Origin: Pseudomonadota bacterium
GTDB lineage: Bacteria > Pseudomonadota > Alphaproteobacteria > MPNO01 > UBA2964
DNA length: 64,000 nucleotides
Reading direction: 5' to 3'
Assembly: GCA_036336885.1 (NCBI GenBank)
Contig: JAYZFG010000006.1
Span: 8,933-72,932, forward strand
Below, piece by piece: positions 37,643-48,128 of this stretch. The notes below the pieces were generated by a model that saw nothing but the letters and a program-made list of their open reading frames with translations, did no database searches and had not been told where the DNA came from. A program made the position numbers and the translations under genes. Numbering within the stretch: the first letter of the stretch is position 1; the number at the start of each line of letters is the position of its first letter.

Positions 37643-38944
37643 ATGGAGACTGAAACACTCGCTACAATTGGTGGCATCGTTGTATTGTTGATCATGTCTG
37701 GAGTTTTTTCTGGTTCAGAAACTGCTCTAACAGCTGCATCGCACCCACGCATGCACTTGCTCCAAAAACGGGGCAATCGGCGTGCTGAAATTGTAACTAA
37801 ATTATTTGCCAGCAGAGATAAATTAATCGGCGCTATTCTACTGGGTAACAATCTGGTCAATATTTTAGCTTCAGCACTAGCCACTAGTCTTCTGATAGGG
37901 ACTTTCGGTGAAACTGGTGTAATTTATGCGACTATCGCAATGACCGTATTAGTTTTAATTTTCGGTGAGGTCATGCCTAAGACTTATGCTTTTCATAATG
38001 CAGACAGAGTAGCTCTGCTAGTTGCTCCCACTTTTAAGTATGTAGTCGCGGTTTTATCTCCGATTACTCATACGATTAATATTTTGATTTCAATTACATT
38101 ACGACCTTTTGGCAAAAAATTTAACTCAAATGACGAATTAGCTATTGCACAAGAAACATTGCGCGGTGCAATTGATCTTCACATGGGGGATGAACCGGCA
38201 GTACAGCGGGAGCGACTCATGCTCCGTTCTATATTGGATTTATCTGATGTAAACGTCGGTGAAGTCATGAATCATCGACAAGATATCGTTATGATTGACA
38301 CGGATTTGCCAACCAGTGAAATTATTAAACAAGTCGTTAATTGTCCGTACACCCGTATCCCGCTATGGCGGAGCGAACCAGATAATATAGTGGGTGTTAT
38401 ACATGCTAAAGTACTGCTGCTTCATGTGCACCAAAACCAAGGGACTTTAGATCATATTGATATCGACTCGGTTTCAACACCACCGTGGTTTATTCCAGAA
38501 TCGACATCACTCCACGACCAACTGCAAGCTTTCCGTCGTCGCCAAGAACATTTTGCACTTGTCGTCGATGAATATGGATCATTAATGGGTGTGGTTACTC
38601 TGGAAGATATATTAGAAGAAATCGTTGGAGACATTGCGGATGAACACGACGAGGTACCCTTCGGTGTTCGTTCACAAAACGATGGTAGTTATTTAGTGGA
38701 TGGGCGAGTAACCATCCGTGACCTTAACCGGCGACTCAACTGGGAACTACCAGATGACGACGCGGCAACGATTGCTGGCTTGGTTATCCAAATTGGGAAA
38801 GTAATTCCAGAAGAGGGGCAAATATTTATATTCGAAGAATTTCGTTTTCAGGTAGCGAGTCGACGAAAAAATAGATTGGCCGTAATCCATATTACTCCTC
38901 CTAATCAAACGGAAATAAATCCTCCAGAAAATCATTTGGAATAG
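37643..38944 (+). CDS. HlyC/CorC (CNNM) family transporter
   Basis: 'FSGSETALT', 'ILLGNNLVNI', 'EVMPKT', CBS pair 'VVDEYG...G.VTLEDILEEIVG' and CorC C-terminal domain. Confidence 0.93.
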   Translation: METETLATIGGIVVLLIMSGVFSGSETALTAASHPRMHLLQKRGNRRAEIVTKLFASRDKLIGAILLGNNLVNILASALATSLLIGTFGETGVIYATIAMTVLVLIFGEVMPKTYAFHNADRVALLVAPTFKYVVAVLSPITHTINILISITLRPFGKKFNSNDELAIAQETLRGAIDLHMGDEPAVQRERLMLRSILDLSDVNVGEVMNHRQDIVMIDTDLPTSEIIKQVVNCPYTRIPLWRSEPDNIVGVIHAKVLLLHVHQNQGTLDHIDIDSVSTPPWFIPESTSLHDQLQAFRRRQEHFALVVDEYGSLMGVVTLEDILEEIVGDIADEHDEVPFGVRSQNDGSYLVDGRVTIRDLNRRLNWELPDDDAATIAGLVIQIGKVIPEEGQIFIFEEFRFQVASRRKNRLAVIHITPPNQTEINPPENHLE

Positions 38945-38986
38945 AAAAAATAAAACGAGAGAGCAACTGATACAAAATGGAGTTAG

Positions 38987-39547
38987 GTGATGCCTCTTTC
39001 CAACCCCGCCGAGCGTGAACCTATCCAAACTCGCTCAGTAGAAGTCTCAAGCTACCGCCGAATAGACGGTCAGTGGGATGTTGAAGGACGACTTAGAGAT
39101 ACGTCTGCATACTCCTTCGAAAATAAATACCGCGGCACCATCAAACCCGGAGTGCCGATCCATGACATGTGGCTTCGACTGACCCTTGATCAAAATATAA
39201 TTATTACATCAGTTGATGTTGCTATGGACGGAACCCCCTACGCGATATGTCCAGGTGTAGAAGGCGCTTTCCAAAAACTTATAGGAGAAAAAATAGGACG
39301 AGGGTGGAACCGAAGAGTTCAAAAATTGTTGGGAGGTTCAAAAGGGTGCATTCACATGGTCGATCTGTTGCGCCCAATTGGCACCGTGGGATACAAAACC
39401 GTGAAGCGCGAAGCAGGACAAAATAAAAGGATTTCAAAAGATCAAACGAATGGCATGCCATACCAAGTCGATACCTGTCACGCGATGGCAAGCGATGGCG
39501 CGGTAGTTAAAGAGCGCTGGCCACACTTATATACTGGGTCGTCTTAG
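38987..39547 (+). CDS. DUF2889 domain protein
   Basis: 'RE....R......YRR.DG.WDVEG.L.D', 'IHDMWLRLT', 'PY..C', 'GC.H' and 'TCHA'. Confidence 0.85.
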   Translation: MMPLSNPAEREPIQTRSVEVSSYRRIDGQWDVEGRLRDTSAYSFENKYRGTIKPGVPIHDMWLRLTLDQNIIITSVDVAMDGTPYAICPGVEGAFQKLIGEKIGRGWNRRVQKLLGGSKGCIHMVDLLRPIGTVGYKTVKREAGQNKRISKDQTNGMPYQVDTCHAMASDGAVVKERWPHLYTGSS

Positions 39548-39602
39548 GTATTTCACGTGCATATTTGTTGTATGTGGTCGGTCAACTCTTCATAATATCG
39601 AT

Positions 39603-40193
39603 GTGAGAAAACGTGAACAAATTTTTGATATTTTAAGCGCTCCCCGCATTGAGGAAAAAGTCCGTCCTTGTGATGCCCATGAATGTGGCAACGAAGGTAA
39701 ATATCGCGCACCAAAATCGAAAAGAGAGCTGAATAATTATTTCTGGTTTTGCCTAGAACATGTGCGTGCATACAATGCTCGCTGGAATTTTAATGCTGGC
39801 CTATCTCAGGCAGAGATCGAAAAACAATTGCGAGCGGATACAACTTGGTGGCGTCCCAGCTGGCCCTTAGGGTCAAAACATAGTGGGGGACAGATGTCGA
39901 GCATTGATTTTGGAATATTTGGCACTGACAACTGGGATCACGGAAGTAATCGAGGTGTCAACCGCCATAAGGTAGGCTGGAGGCCGCGGCCAGGTTCTAT
40001 CGAAGAAGAAGCATTGGCCATTTTGAATTTAAATGCCCCTTTAACCAAAGAAGAGATTAAAGAGCGCTACAAAATTTTGGTAAAAAAGAATCACCCTGAT
40101 GCCAATGGTGGCGATCGTAAGGCAGAGGAAAAGTTAAAAATAATCAACCGCGCCTACTCAACCTTAGTAGCATGCGATGAAATCTGGAACTAA
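39603..40193 (+). CDS. Zn-finger + J-domain (DnaJ-class) protein
   Basis: 'C....C...G.YRAPKS...YFWFCLEHVRAYN..WNF', 'RPSW' and J-domain 'HPD'. Confidence 0.9.
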   Translation: MRKREQIFDILSAPRIEEKVRPCDAHECGNEGKYRAPKSKRELNNYFWFCLEHVRAYNARWNFNAGLSQAEIEKQLRADTTWWRPSWPLGSKHSGGQMSSIDFGIFGTDNWDHGSNRGVNRHKVGWRPRPGSIEEEALAILNLNAPLTKEEIKERYKILVKKNHPDANGGDRKAEEKLKIINRAYSTLVACDEIWN

Positions 40194-40231
40194 ATAAATC
40201 GTTAAAACTAGGTATAAAAAAGAGCTCTAAT

Positions 40232-40522
40232 TCAAACAGCTTTTCCTGATGCCAGCTTAATCTTCCGTTTTAAACGTTGTGCCTCGACAGATAATTTTTT
40301 GTTTGAGGTGGATAGTAAATAAGCGTCGATTCCTCCGTTCTTCTCAATAGTCCGAATAGTTTGTGTTGAAAGTTTTAGCTTAACTGACTGTCCTAAAACT
40401 TCAGAAGGCATAGATGATACCTGAATGTTGGGAAAAAACTTGCGACGTGTTTTGTTATGCGCGTGGCTAACGTTATTGCCGGCAAGTACTCCCTTACCTG
40501 ATATGCTGCATCGACGTGACAT
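40232..40522 (-). CDS. rpmB: 50S ribosomal protein L28
   Basis: 'MSRRC..SGK....[17 protein letters not shown]'. Confidence 0.98.
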   Translation of the reverse strand: MSRRCSISGKGVLAGNNVSHAHNKTRRKFFPNIQVSSMPSEVLGQSVKLKLSTQTIRTIEKNGGIDAYLLSTSNKKLSVEAQRLKRKIKLASGKAV

Positions 40523-40647
40523 AATTTTAGTCCAAAATATATTAAATTTCCCAAATCATAAGCGGGAAAAGCGCTTTTTAATGAGCTATAAAGTCTGCGT
40601 CAAGGATAAAGGACATTAAGAACTATTTTAGAGTGGTACCGAGAACC

Positions 40648-41814
40648 CTAATTTTTAGCTGGTTTAATCCACATAGCAATAATAAACATTAAAATCATTA
40701 CTACTGCCCCAGAATAAAAGGGCCAATTTGGCCCAAAACTTCCGAAAACAAATCCCGCCCAGGCCGGACCGGTAATCCTAGCCATAGCTGAACAAGAATG
40801 TGATATACCTAAAAGGCTTCCACGCTCGCTCGGACGTGCGTATTTAGAGACAAGACTGGAGAGAGAAGGATTGTTAACACTTACTCCAAAAACAATAAAA
40901 CCAAAAGCGATACAAAGCCCAATGGCACCAGTCATAAAGGGTAAGATTAAAACTCCAACAAAAATCATCAGGGCCCCTACCCAAATTAGTCGGTGTTCCC
41001 CAAATCTCCGGGTTAGCCGTCCAACTAGGAACCACTGGGTCCCCGCTGCTGTTATACCCATAAAGGTATAAATTTGACCATTTTGCCATGGTCCCCAACC
41101 TAACAAACGTTCAGACCAAAGAACAAAAGTTGTTTCGATACCCGAGAATACAAACGGCGTCATTGTCACTACAACTAAAAGTAGAGCTAATTGAGGAATT
41201 TGGACGGCATCCATAAAAACCCGTCCTAAAGAACGTTGTCCCTTTACTACCGCGTCTCGTAAACTAACTGCAACGGTCTCGTGAACTTGAAAAAAAGCAA
41301 TAAATAAAGCTATACCAGAAAGTGTCGCTGCGATCACAAACGGTAAGGCCAAATTAGGGTTCACAGGGTCTGTGCCCGCTAACATTCCTCCAATTGCGGG
41401 CCCAACAATGAAACCTAAACCGTGTGCAGCACCGACTTTTGCCATGGCACCAGCTCGTGCTGCAGTATCTGTGACATCAGCGATATATGCCTGAATAACC
41501 CCTGAATTCGCGGCCATAGCTCCGGTGAAGGCACGCGCCAGAAATAAAATAGTCAACGAATTCGTAAATATTAGAGCAAAATAGCCACAAAATAACCCGG
41601 CCAAGGTGGTTAGAATTATGGGACGACGTCCAAACCGATCACTGAACCTTCCCCACACGGGGGCAAAAACAAACTGGGAAAAAGAGTAAACGGTTGCCAA
41701 TAATGTGACCTCAAGAGGGCTAGCACCGAACTTTTCAGCAAAAAATGGTAACAACGGAAGAATGATACCAAAGCCTACAGTATCAACAAAAATCGTTAAC
41801 AGCAGTGCGTGCAA
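40648..41814 (-). CDS. MFS transporter (DHA1/TetA-like)
   Basis: 'DTVGFGIILPLLP', 'GRFSDRFGRRP', 'AYIADVT' and 'GFIVGPAIGG'. Confidence 0.92.
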   Translation of the reverse strand: MHALLLTIFVDTVGFGIILPLLPFFAEKFGASPLEVTLLATVYSFSQFVFAPVWGRFSDRFGRRPIILTTLAGLFCGYFALIFTNSLTILFLARAFTGAMAANSGVIQAYIADVTDTAARAGAMAKVGAAHGLGFIVGPAIGGMLAGTDPVNPNLALPFVIAATLSGIALFIAFFQVHETVAVSLRDAVVKGQRSLGRVFMDAVQIPQLALLLVVVTMTPFVFSGIETTFVLWSERLLGWGPWQNGQIYTFMGITAAGTQWFLVGRLTRRFGEHRLIWVGALMIFVGVLILPFMTGAIGLCIAFGFIVFGVSVNNPSLSSLVSKYARPSERGSLLGISHSCSAMARITGPAWAGFVFGSFGPNWPFYSGAVVMILMFIIAMWIKPAKN

Positions 41815-41910
41815 CTTTGAACTCCGTAAAAACTAAAGGACCAAATTAATCAAATACACTGCAAACCCATAAGAAACAGGACTGTGCATGATTTAGGTAC
41901 TTTTAAACCG

Positions 41911-42795
41911 TTACCAGCGAAGATGATGGATAGCTATATCCGGAAAAACACCTTCTGCCTCACAAACGGCCGATATACGTTTGCCGGCTGCAGGAGAGTT
42001 ATCTCCAGACCCGATTCCGAATGCTTCACCATGAATACCACCAATAACAAGGAGCGAAGCTATTTGGAGGTTTTGAGCTCCCACGATATCGGTTCGAAGT
42101 GAATCACCAATTGCCAGCACACGCCCCAAAGCAGGATTGCCCATTTTGTACAAACAGCTGTTATAGATAGGTTGGTAAGGTTTGCCGTAATAAAGGACAT
42201 CACCGCCAAGCTCTTCATACCTTTTAGCCAGTGCTCCTGCACAAATGATACGGCTGCCTCCACGTATCACCTCAAGGTCTGGATTGGCACAAACCATCTT
42301 CACTTGGGCATTGGCCCCCTCACAAAGTAAAATTTCGTAATCATCGACAGTTTCTTTATCTCCCCAGGGACCAGTATTCACTATCAATCCAGCATCCGCT
42401 ACAGTATCAACCAATTTGAGATCTAGATTATCAAATAAACCATCATCACGGTCGGGCCCGATATGAACGTAGGTTTTGCTCACACCCCAAAACCACTCTT
42501 CACGCATTTCTTCTAAACCTATCCGTGTTGCCTCCCCTGAGGACATAATAATCGGACATAGGTTCTTCGGAACACCCATGTGGTCCATACCAACGCGAAC
42601 AGCATCAGCTCGTCTCGGCGCATTTGTAAGCATCACATAGGGTTTCCCCGTTTCATTAATTTTCTTTAAACAGTTAAGTGCCTCTGGATACAACGTAACG
42701 CCGTCGTGAACGACACCCCAAAGATCGATGATAAAGGCATCAAATTCCGATACTAAGTCGGAAAGGCCTGAAATAATGGGTATTCGATCTGTCAT
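41911..42795 (-). CDS. HAD-IIA hydrolase (TIGR01459-like)
   Basis: 'DLWGVVHDG', 'TNAPR', 'CANPD', 'GKP..PIY' and 'GDSLRTDI'. Confidence 0.92.
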   Translation of the reverse strand: MTDRIPIISGLSDLVSEFDAFIIDLWGVVHDGVTLYPEALNCLKKINETGKPYVMLTNAPRRADAVRVGMDHMGVPKNLCPIIMSSGEATRIGLEEMREEWFWGVSKTYVHIGPDRDDGLFDNLDLKLVDTVADAGLIVNTGPWGDKETVDDYEILLCEGANAQVKMVCANPDLEVIRGGSRIICAGALAKRYEELGGDVLYYGKPYQPIYNSCLYKMGNPALGRVLAIGDSLRTDIVGAQNLQIASLLVIGGIHGEAFGIGSGDNSPAAGKRISAVCEAEGVFPDIAIHHLRW

Positions 42796-42979
42796 ACCTG
42801 TGGGGTTTTGCCATGAGCGTACTGGGATGGGAAGAGATTATTTTATAAACAAGTATCAAATTGATGAAAATACTCAATTGACAGGCCATTATCTATTTTT
42901 TAACTCAAAACTATGTATCATTAATCTTTACCAGATATCTAAGTGTATCATCTGCAAAAGTTAAAATTCGAAAAATAAA

Positions 42980-44104
42980 TTAAAGGTGATTTGCTCCTAC
43001 CGCATCCGATAGTTTTGTATAACCATCATCCTTTAAATGGGCTGACAATCCCTCTTTAATCTCTGCAATCAAGCTGGGCCCTCCATAAATTAAGGACGTG
43101 TACAGCTGCAATAATGAAGCCCCTGATTTAATCCGTTCGTATGCATCATCGGCCGTTGAAATACCGCCGCAACCGATTAATACAACCTTACCACTAGTCA
43201 TTTTATAAAGTTCTGAAAGCGTTCGGGTTGCTTTTTTGCGGATTGGTGAACCACTTAAACCACCCACTTCATTTGCACAGGAACTTCTTAGGGTTGCCGG
43301 GCGTTGGGCAGTTGTATTACAAGCTACCAAGCCATCAATACCAGTATTCAAGGCAACTTTAGCAATCGCCGCCAACTCCTTATCATCAAGTTCCTGGCCA
43401 ATTTTAACCAACAGGGGTGGTATTTTTTCATTAGCCAATTGGGATAGAGTTAATTTCGCCTTTTCTACCATTTCCGATAATTTATCACCCGCCTGCCAAG
43501 CAGATAGTCCCGGTGTATTTGGGCAAGAGACATTAATCGCTATATAACTGGCATATCCCGCTAGTTTTTTTAAGCAAAAATCAATGTCGCCAGTTGCGTC
43601 ACTGGTCCCTGTATTAATTCCAATATTTATACCTAATTTAAACAAAGGTATATTTTTAGCTTTTTCCATATTTTTAGCAAAATTTTCTGCGCCGTTACTC
43701 GGGAACCCAAGACGATTTATAAGAGCTCTATCTTCTGGGAGCCGAAATAAATTGGGTTTTGGATTACCCTTCTGTGGAAATGGAGTTACTGTGCCTATTT
43801 CGGCGAAACCAAAGCCCAAATCGGATACTCCCTTTATCGCCTCAGCATTCTTATCAAATCCTGCCGACATTCCGATAGGGTTATCGAATTCCATATCCCA
43901 CAACCTGATTTTCAGGATTGGGTCATCGAGCCCTTTGAGATTAGGTATCAAACCAAATTTTAGAGCCTGTATTGCACACTTATGCGCTAAATTTGCAGGC
44001 AACATTCGGAACATTGCTGTTCCGCTTTTCATTAAATCAATATGGGTCTTGTTCTTTTTGGTATCGCGACCATTAATGACAGCGGTAATATCCACAGTAG
44101 ACAT
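42980..44104 (-). CDS. pyrD: Dihydroorotate dehydrogenase (quinone), class 2
   Basis: 'NPIGMSAGFDKN', 'GTVTP.PQ.GNPKP.LFRL', 'INRLGF', 'NVSCPNTPG' and 'GGLSG'. Start codon uncertain. Confidence 0.95.
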   Translation of the reverse strand: MSTVDITAVINGRDTKKNKTHIDLMKSGTAMFRMLPANLAHKCAIQALKFGLIPNLKGLDDPILKIRLWDMEFDNPIGMSAGFDKNAEAIKGVSDLGFGFAEIGTVTPFPQKGNPKPNLFRLPEDRALINRLGFPSNGAENFAKNMEKAKNIPLFKLGINIGINTGTSDATGDIDFCLKKLAGYASYIAINVSCPNTPGLSAWQAGDKLSEMVEKAKLTLSQLANEKIPPLLVKIGQELDDKELAAIAKVALNTGIDGLVACNTTAQRPATLRSSCANEVGGLSGSPIRKKATRTLSELYKMTSGKVVLIGCGGISTADDAYERIKSGASLLQLYTSLIYGGPSLIAEIKEGLSAHLKDDGYTKLSDAVGANHL

Positions 44105-44265
44105 AAACCAACTCCAATTAGGCTTACTTAGAACATAAATCACTGACTGATTCGCATCGAGTATCACCACGGCACATAGAAGCCAAATAGTTGATGATTG
44201 ATTACACCCTGAGCTATCTTTATAGATGATATTTAGGGTTTTAGATAAATTATTAAGTTATTGTT

Positions 44266-44700
44266 ATGAATAACGATTTTGAAACTATTTCCGGGGCAAA
44301 ACAAAGTATTATAGACGAATTCAGCCTATTCGATGAGTGGGTGGATCGTTATGAATATATTATCGAATTAGGCAAATCCCTGGATGGATTGCCAAAAGAG
44401 TTTCATATAGAACAATTTCGGGTAAAGGGGTGCCAGTCTCAAGTCTGGTTTAAACCCAAAACTGTTGAGGAAAAAATAATTTATAATGCTGATAGCGACG
44501 CAATGATTGTTCGTGGCTTAATAGCGCTGTTGTTACGCGTTTATTCCGGACGCACACCTGACGAAATTTTAAATACCCCACCAGATTTCTTTGAGACAAT
44601 AGAATTGGGATCCCATTTAAGTGGCAGCAGAGCTAATGGATTGCATGCCATGGTAAATTATATCCAATCATACGCGCTTTCACAGAAAGAAAAATTGTGA
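44266..44700 (+). CDS. sufE: Cysteine desulfuration protein SufE
   Basis: 'W.DRYEYIIELGK', 'VKGCQSQVW', 'DSDA.IVRGL' and 'SRANGL'. Confidence 0.94.
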   Translation: MNNDFETISGAKQSIIDEFSLFDEWVDRYEYIIELGKSLDGLPKEFHIEQFRVKGCQSQVWFKPKTVEEKIIYNADSDAMIVRGLIALLLRVYSGRTPDEILNTPPDFFETIELGSHLSGSRANGLHAMVNYIQSYALSQKEKL

Positions 44701-44728
44701 CAATTCATTAAAAAAGGTAGGCCACCGC

Positions 44729-45553
44729 GTGCAAGATACTGAAAACCGAGCGGTCTATTGGAAAGATAGAAGTGTAGGTTGGGCCGAAGCCGCAACTACC
44801 GCAAAACCTAACCAAGATCCATTTATACGCCAATTAATTGAGTATGCGGGTATCACACCAGCGATGGCTGTTCTGGATTTAGCCTCTGGCACAGGTGACC
44901 CGGCGATAACAATAGCCAGAATTCTCACTAAAGGAAATGTAACAGCCTATGATATAACCCCGGAAATGCTTGCCATTGCCGTTCAGCGTTCTAAACGAAA
45001 CGCTGTGAACAATTTAACTTTTACGGTAGGCGATATGGATTCTTTACCATTTCCGAATGGTACTTTCGATGCGGTTACATCCCGTAATGGTCTAATGTTT
45101 TCACAAAATAAGTTAGATTGCGCCAAAGAAACCCTTCGTGTTTTAAGGCCTGGAGGTAAAGCGGTTTGGCTAGTTTGGGGTGAATTAAGCCTTAACCCAA
45201 CCTTTCTTGCGGTCAGTGCAGGGCTTGAGTCTTTTTTTGGTGAAATCTCTCCTCCAAGAATGATCCGGCACAATCTATCCAAACCAGGTGCGCTCAAAGA
45301 AATTATAAGAAATTCAGGGTTCGCCAAATTTGAAGAATTGCAACTGAAGTGGGAGAGGCGAATAACTCCAGATGACGACTATTTCCATCGTGCGGTAGCA
45401 CGGACGGCGCCAAACAGAGTTGCTGCGCTAACCGAGGCGGACCTCGGGGTACTTCTTGAAAAGGTAAGAAATGCATGCGCTGAGTATTTGGTGGATGACA
45501 TCTATAACATTCCAATAATTATGCGCTTGGGAATAGGCACAGCCCATGATTGA
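44729..45553 (+). CDS. Class I SAM-dependent methyltransferase (UbiE-like)
   Basis: 'VLDLASGTGDPA', 'GDMDSLPF...FDAVTSR.G.MF' and 'RVLRPGG'. Confidence 0.9.
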   Translation: MQDTENRAVYWKDRSVGWAEAATTAKPNQDPFIRQLIEYAGITPAMAVLDLASGTGDPAITIARILTKGNVTAYDITPEMLAIAVQRSKRNAVNNLTFTVGDMDSLPFPNGTFDAVTSRNGLMFSQNKLDCAKETLRVLRPGGKAVWLVWGELSLNPTFLAVSAGLESFFGEISPPRMIRHNLSKPGALKEIIRNSGFAKFEELQLKWERRITPDDDYFHRAVARTAPNRVAALTEADLGVLLEKVRNACAEYLVDDIYNIPIIMRLGIGTAHD

Positions 45554-46382
45554 CGAAGGAGATCCAATTAAATCAAAAGACCAATGGTCGGAAAAGGCCA
45601 AAGTTTGGTCGACAACTAGCCCAATCGGAATTTCCACGGATGACACCTTTAACCAGATGATTATAGCTGAAACAGGAATTAAATCAGGAGAAAAGGTTTT
45701 AGACTTAGCCTCTGGCACTGGAAATCCTGCGATAAGTATAGCTTATTCTATGGGCGGGCAAGGTGAGGTCATTTGCACCGACCGAACACTACAAATGCTT
45801 ATAGCCGCACAAACGAGGGGACAAAATCTAAATCTAAATATCATCGAATTTGTTGGAGCCGACATGGCTTCACTACCTTTCGAAAATAATGTTTTTGATG
45901 CGGTGACTTGTCGTTTCGGTATCATGTTTCCAAAAAATAAGGTCACCGCAGCTCTTGAAGCAAATCGCGTTTTAAAAACTAATGGCCGCGCGGCAATTAT
46001 CGTCTGGGGTGATTATGAAGAAAATCCAGCTTTTTATGTCCCGCGGCGCGCCGTCGCCAAGTATCATGGGCTAAGTGAAGGTCCAACACCGAGCCGCCAT
46101 GCCATGAGTGCGCCGGGAACACTAAAAGAAATTATGGCCAAAGCTGGGTTTCTCGATGTCGAGGAACGTGAACTCCGTTATAAAAATCGTGTGGATGATG
46201 TCGACGATTATGTAACCCGTAACCTCAATCGTAGTTTCACTAAAGAAACGGAGAATATGACGCCCATCGAATTTGCGCGTTTGAAAGATAAAGTTATCAG
46301 CGCCTGGCGGCCATTTTTTGAAAATAATGTTTTGCAAGTTCCAAATTATGCTCGCCTTGCGTTGGGATCAAAGTCCGACTAA
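45546..46382 (+). CDS. Class I SAM-dependent methyltransferase (UbiE-like), paralog of the upstream gene
   Basis: 'VLDLASGTGNPA', 'ADMASLPF...FDAVTCRFGIMF' and 'RVLK..G'. Confidence 0.9.
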   Translation: MIDEGDPIKSKDQWSEKAKVWSTTSPIGISTDDTFNQMIIAETGIKSGEKVLDLASGTGNPAISIAYSMGGQGEVICTDRTLQMLIAAQTRGQNLNLNIIEFVGADMASLPFENNVFDAVTCRFGIMFPKNKVTAALEANRVLKTNGRAAIIVWGDYEENPAFYVPRRAVAKYHGLSEGPTPSRHAMSAPGTLKEIMAKAGFLDVEERELRYKNRVDDVDDYVTRNLNRSFTKETENMTPIEFARLKDKVISAWRPFFENNVLQVPNYARLALGSKSD

Positions 46383-46419
46383 ACGAGCTTGTTAATCATG
46401 AGAAAAATTAACTGAACTT

Positions 46420-48000
46420 CTATGAAATATTCTCGCCAGAAAGAACCCTTTTTATCAAAATTAATGTCTCCTCTACACCGTAAAGTGCAATAAAGGACCC
46501 CATTCGTGGTCCCTGTTCACAACCCAATAGAGTTTCATAAAGTGCTTTAAACCAATCACGAAGATTTTCAAAGCTGCCACTCTTCCCCACAGCATAAACA
46601 AGATTTTGGATCTCACCAGCATCCGCATCTTCTTCTAAGGTTTCAAGACCTTTAGCTAACTCCTCGAGAGCGGCCCGCTCCATTTCGTTTGGTTTTCGAT
46701 AAGATTTCTCTGGTTTGACGAAATCTTGATAATAATGAATTGCATATTCAACCAAATTATCAAGGATAGGGTTCGCCGTCGGATTAGCATCAGGAGTGTA
46801 GCGAGAGATGAACCCCCAGAGCACCGCCCTGTCATCAGTATTACAGGCGGACACCAAATTGAGGAGCAATCCAAACGTAACATGATTATCTTCAAATGGA
46901 GGAGTTCCAGCATGGATATGCCATACAGGGTTTTCGAGTTTCTTTCTGCCCTCTTCCTCAGCAAATCCGACAATAAATTTTAGATAATCATCAACATGAC
47001 GAGGAATAACATCAAAATGGAGTCGCTTTGCTTTGCGGGGCGAATTGAACATATATAGTTGTAAACTCTCCTGAGGGGCGTACCGCAGCCAATCCTCAAC
47101 GGTAAGGCCATTACCCCGAGACTTGGAAATTTTTTCCCCATTTTCATCAAGGAAAAGCTCGTAGGTAAAACCTTCTGGTGCTCGCCCACCCAAAATTTTG
47201 CATATTCGAGAAGATAAACGAACGGAGTCTATCAGATCTTTGCCCGACATCTCATAATCAACTGCCAATGCCGCCCAGCGCATGGCCCAATCAGCTTTCC
47301 ATTGGAGCTTACAATGACCCCCCGTCACAGGTGCTTCTAATGTCCCTCCCTCATCACGCCGAAAGGTAATGGTACCAGCATCAATATCACTAGTAATTGC
47401 CGGTAATTGTAGGACCACACCGGTATCCGGACAAATTGGCAAAAATGGACAGTAGGTTTCCCGGCGCTCAGGTCCTAACGTTGGCAAAATAACTTGAGTA
47501 ACCGCTTCAAGGTTGGCTAGTAACTTCAATAAAGTTTCATCAAATTTTCCTTCTGTGTAGCATGATGTTGCACTCTGGAACTCGTAATCAAATTCAAATC
47601 TATCTAAAAACTCTCGTAGACGCGCATTATTGTGATGGCCAAAACTTTCGTATTCACCAAATGGATCAGGAACGGATGAAAGCGGTTTACCCAAGTGTTT
47701 TTCCAACATTTCCGGTTTTGGGACATTTGCAGGGATGCTACGAAGCCCGTCCATGTCGTCGGAAAATGTAAATAACCGAGAAGGGACGTCGCTCAGTTCA
47801 GTAAAAGCCTGCCGAACCATGGTGGTACGAACGACCTCACCGAAAGTCCCAATATGAGGTAACCCGGAAGGCCCATAGCCAGTTTCAAACAGCACATAAC
47901 CCTTAGTAGGCTTTTGTCCACCCAGGCGTTTATTTAGCTTACGGGCTTCATCAAATGGCCATGCACGAGCCTTTTGAGTTAAATTTCGAACTGTATCCAC
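46420..48000 (-). CDS. lysS: Lysine--tRNA ligase, class I
   Basis: 'AWPF.EA', 'FETGYGPSGLPHIGTFGE' (HIGH-like), 'KLQWKADW' and 'KISKSRGNG' (KMSKS-like). Confidence 0.97.
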   Translation of the reverse strand: MDTVRNLTQKARAWPFDEARKLNKRLGGQKPTKGYVLFETGYGPSGLPHIGTFGEVVRTTMVRQAFTELSDVPSRLFTFSDDMDGLRSIPANVPKPEMLEKHLGKPLSSVPDPFGEYESFGHHNNARLREFLDRFEFDYEFQSATSCYTEGKFDETLLKLLANLEAVTQVILPTLGPERRETYCPFLPICPDTGVVLQLPAITSDIDAGTITFRRDEGGTLEAPVTGGHCKLQWKADWAMRWAALAVDYEMSGKDLIDSVRLSSRICKILGGRAPEGFTYELFLDENGEKISKSRGNGLTVEDWLRYAPQESLQLYMFNSPRKAKRLHFDVIPRHVDDYLKFIVGFAEEEGRKKLENPVWHIHAGTPPFEDNHVTFGLLLNLVSACNTDDRAVLWGFISRYTPDANPTANPILDNLVEYAIHYYQDFVKPEKSYRKPNEMERAALEELAKGLETLEEDADAGEIQNLVYAVGKSGSFENLRDWFKALYETLLGCEQGPRMGSFIALYGVEETLILIKRVLSGENIS

Positions 48001-48128
48001 TATTTTTCCAATTTATTTATCTTGGCTGGCGCAAAAACCTATGCGCGGAGGCAGCTTTCGTCAATAAAGAAGCACCGATCAAAAGTAGACATAGCGCCCG
48101 AATCTCTCACGTAATATATAATAAAGGC

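Noticed and set aside
46420-48000. Class I LysRS as an unusual archaeal-type acquisition
   Set aside because: Class I LysRS is well known and common in alphaproteobacteria.
47955-48128. N-terminal extension of dinG overlapping lysS
   Set aside because: An artefact of longest-ORF calling. The region is the divergent promoter, and the ATG at 48129 has an AAGG RBS-like element.
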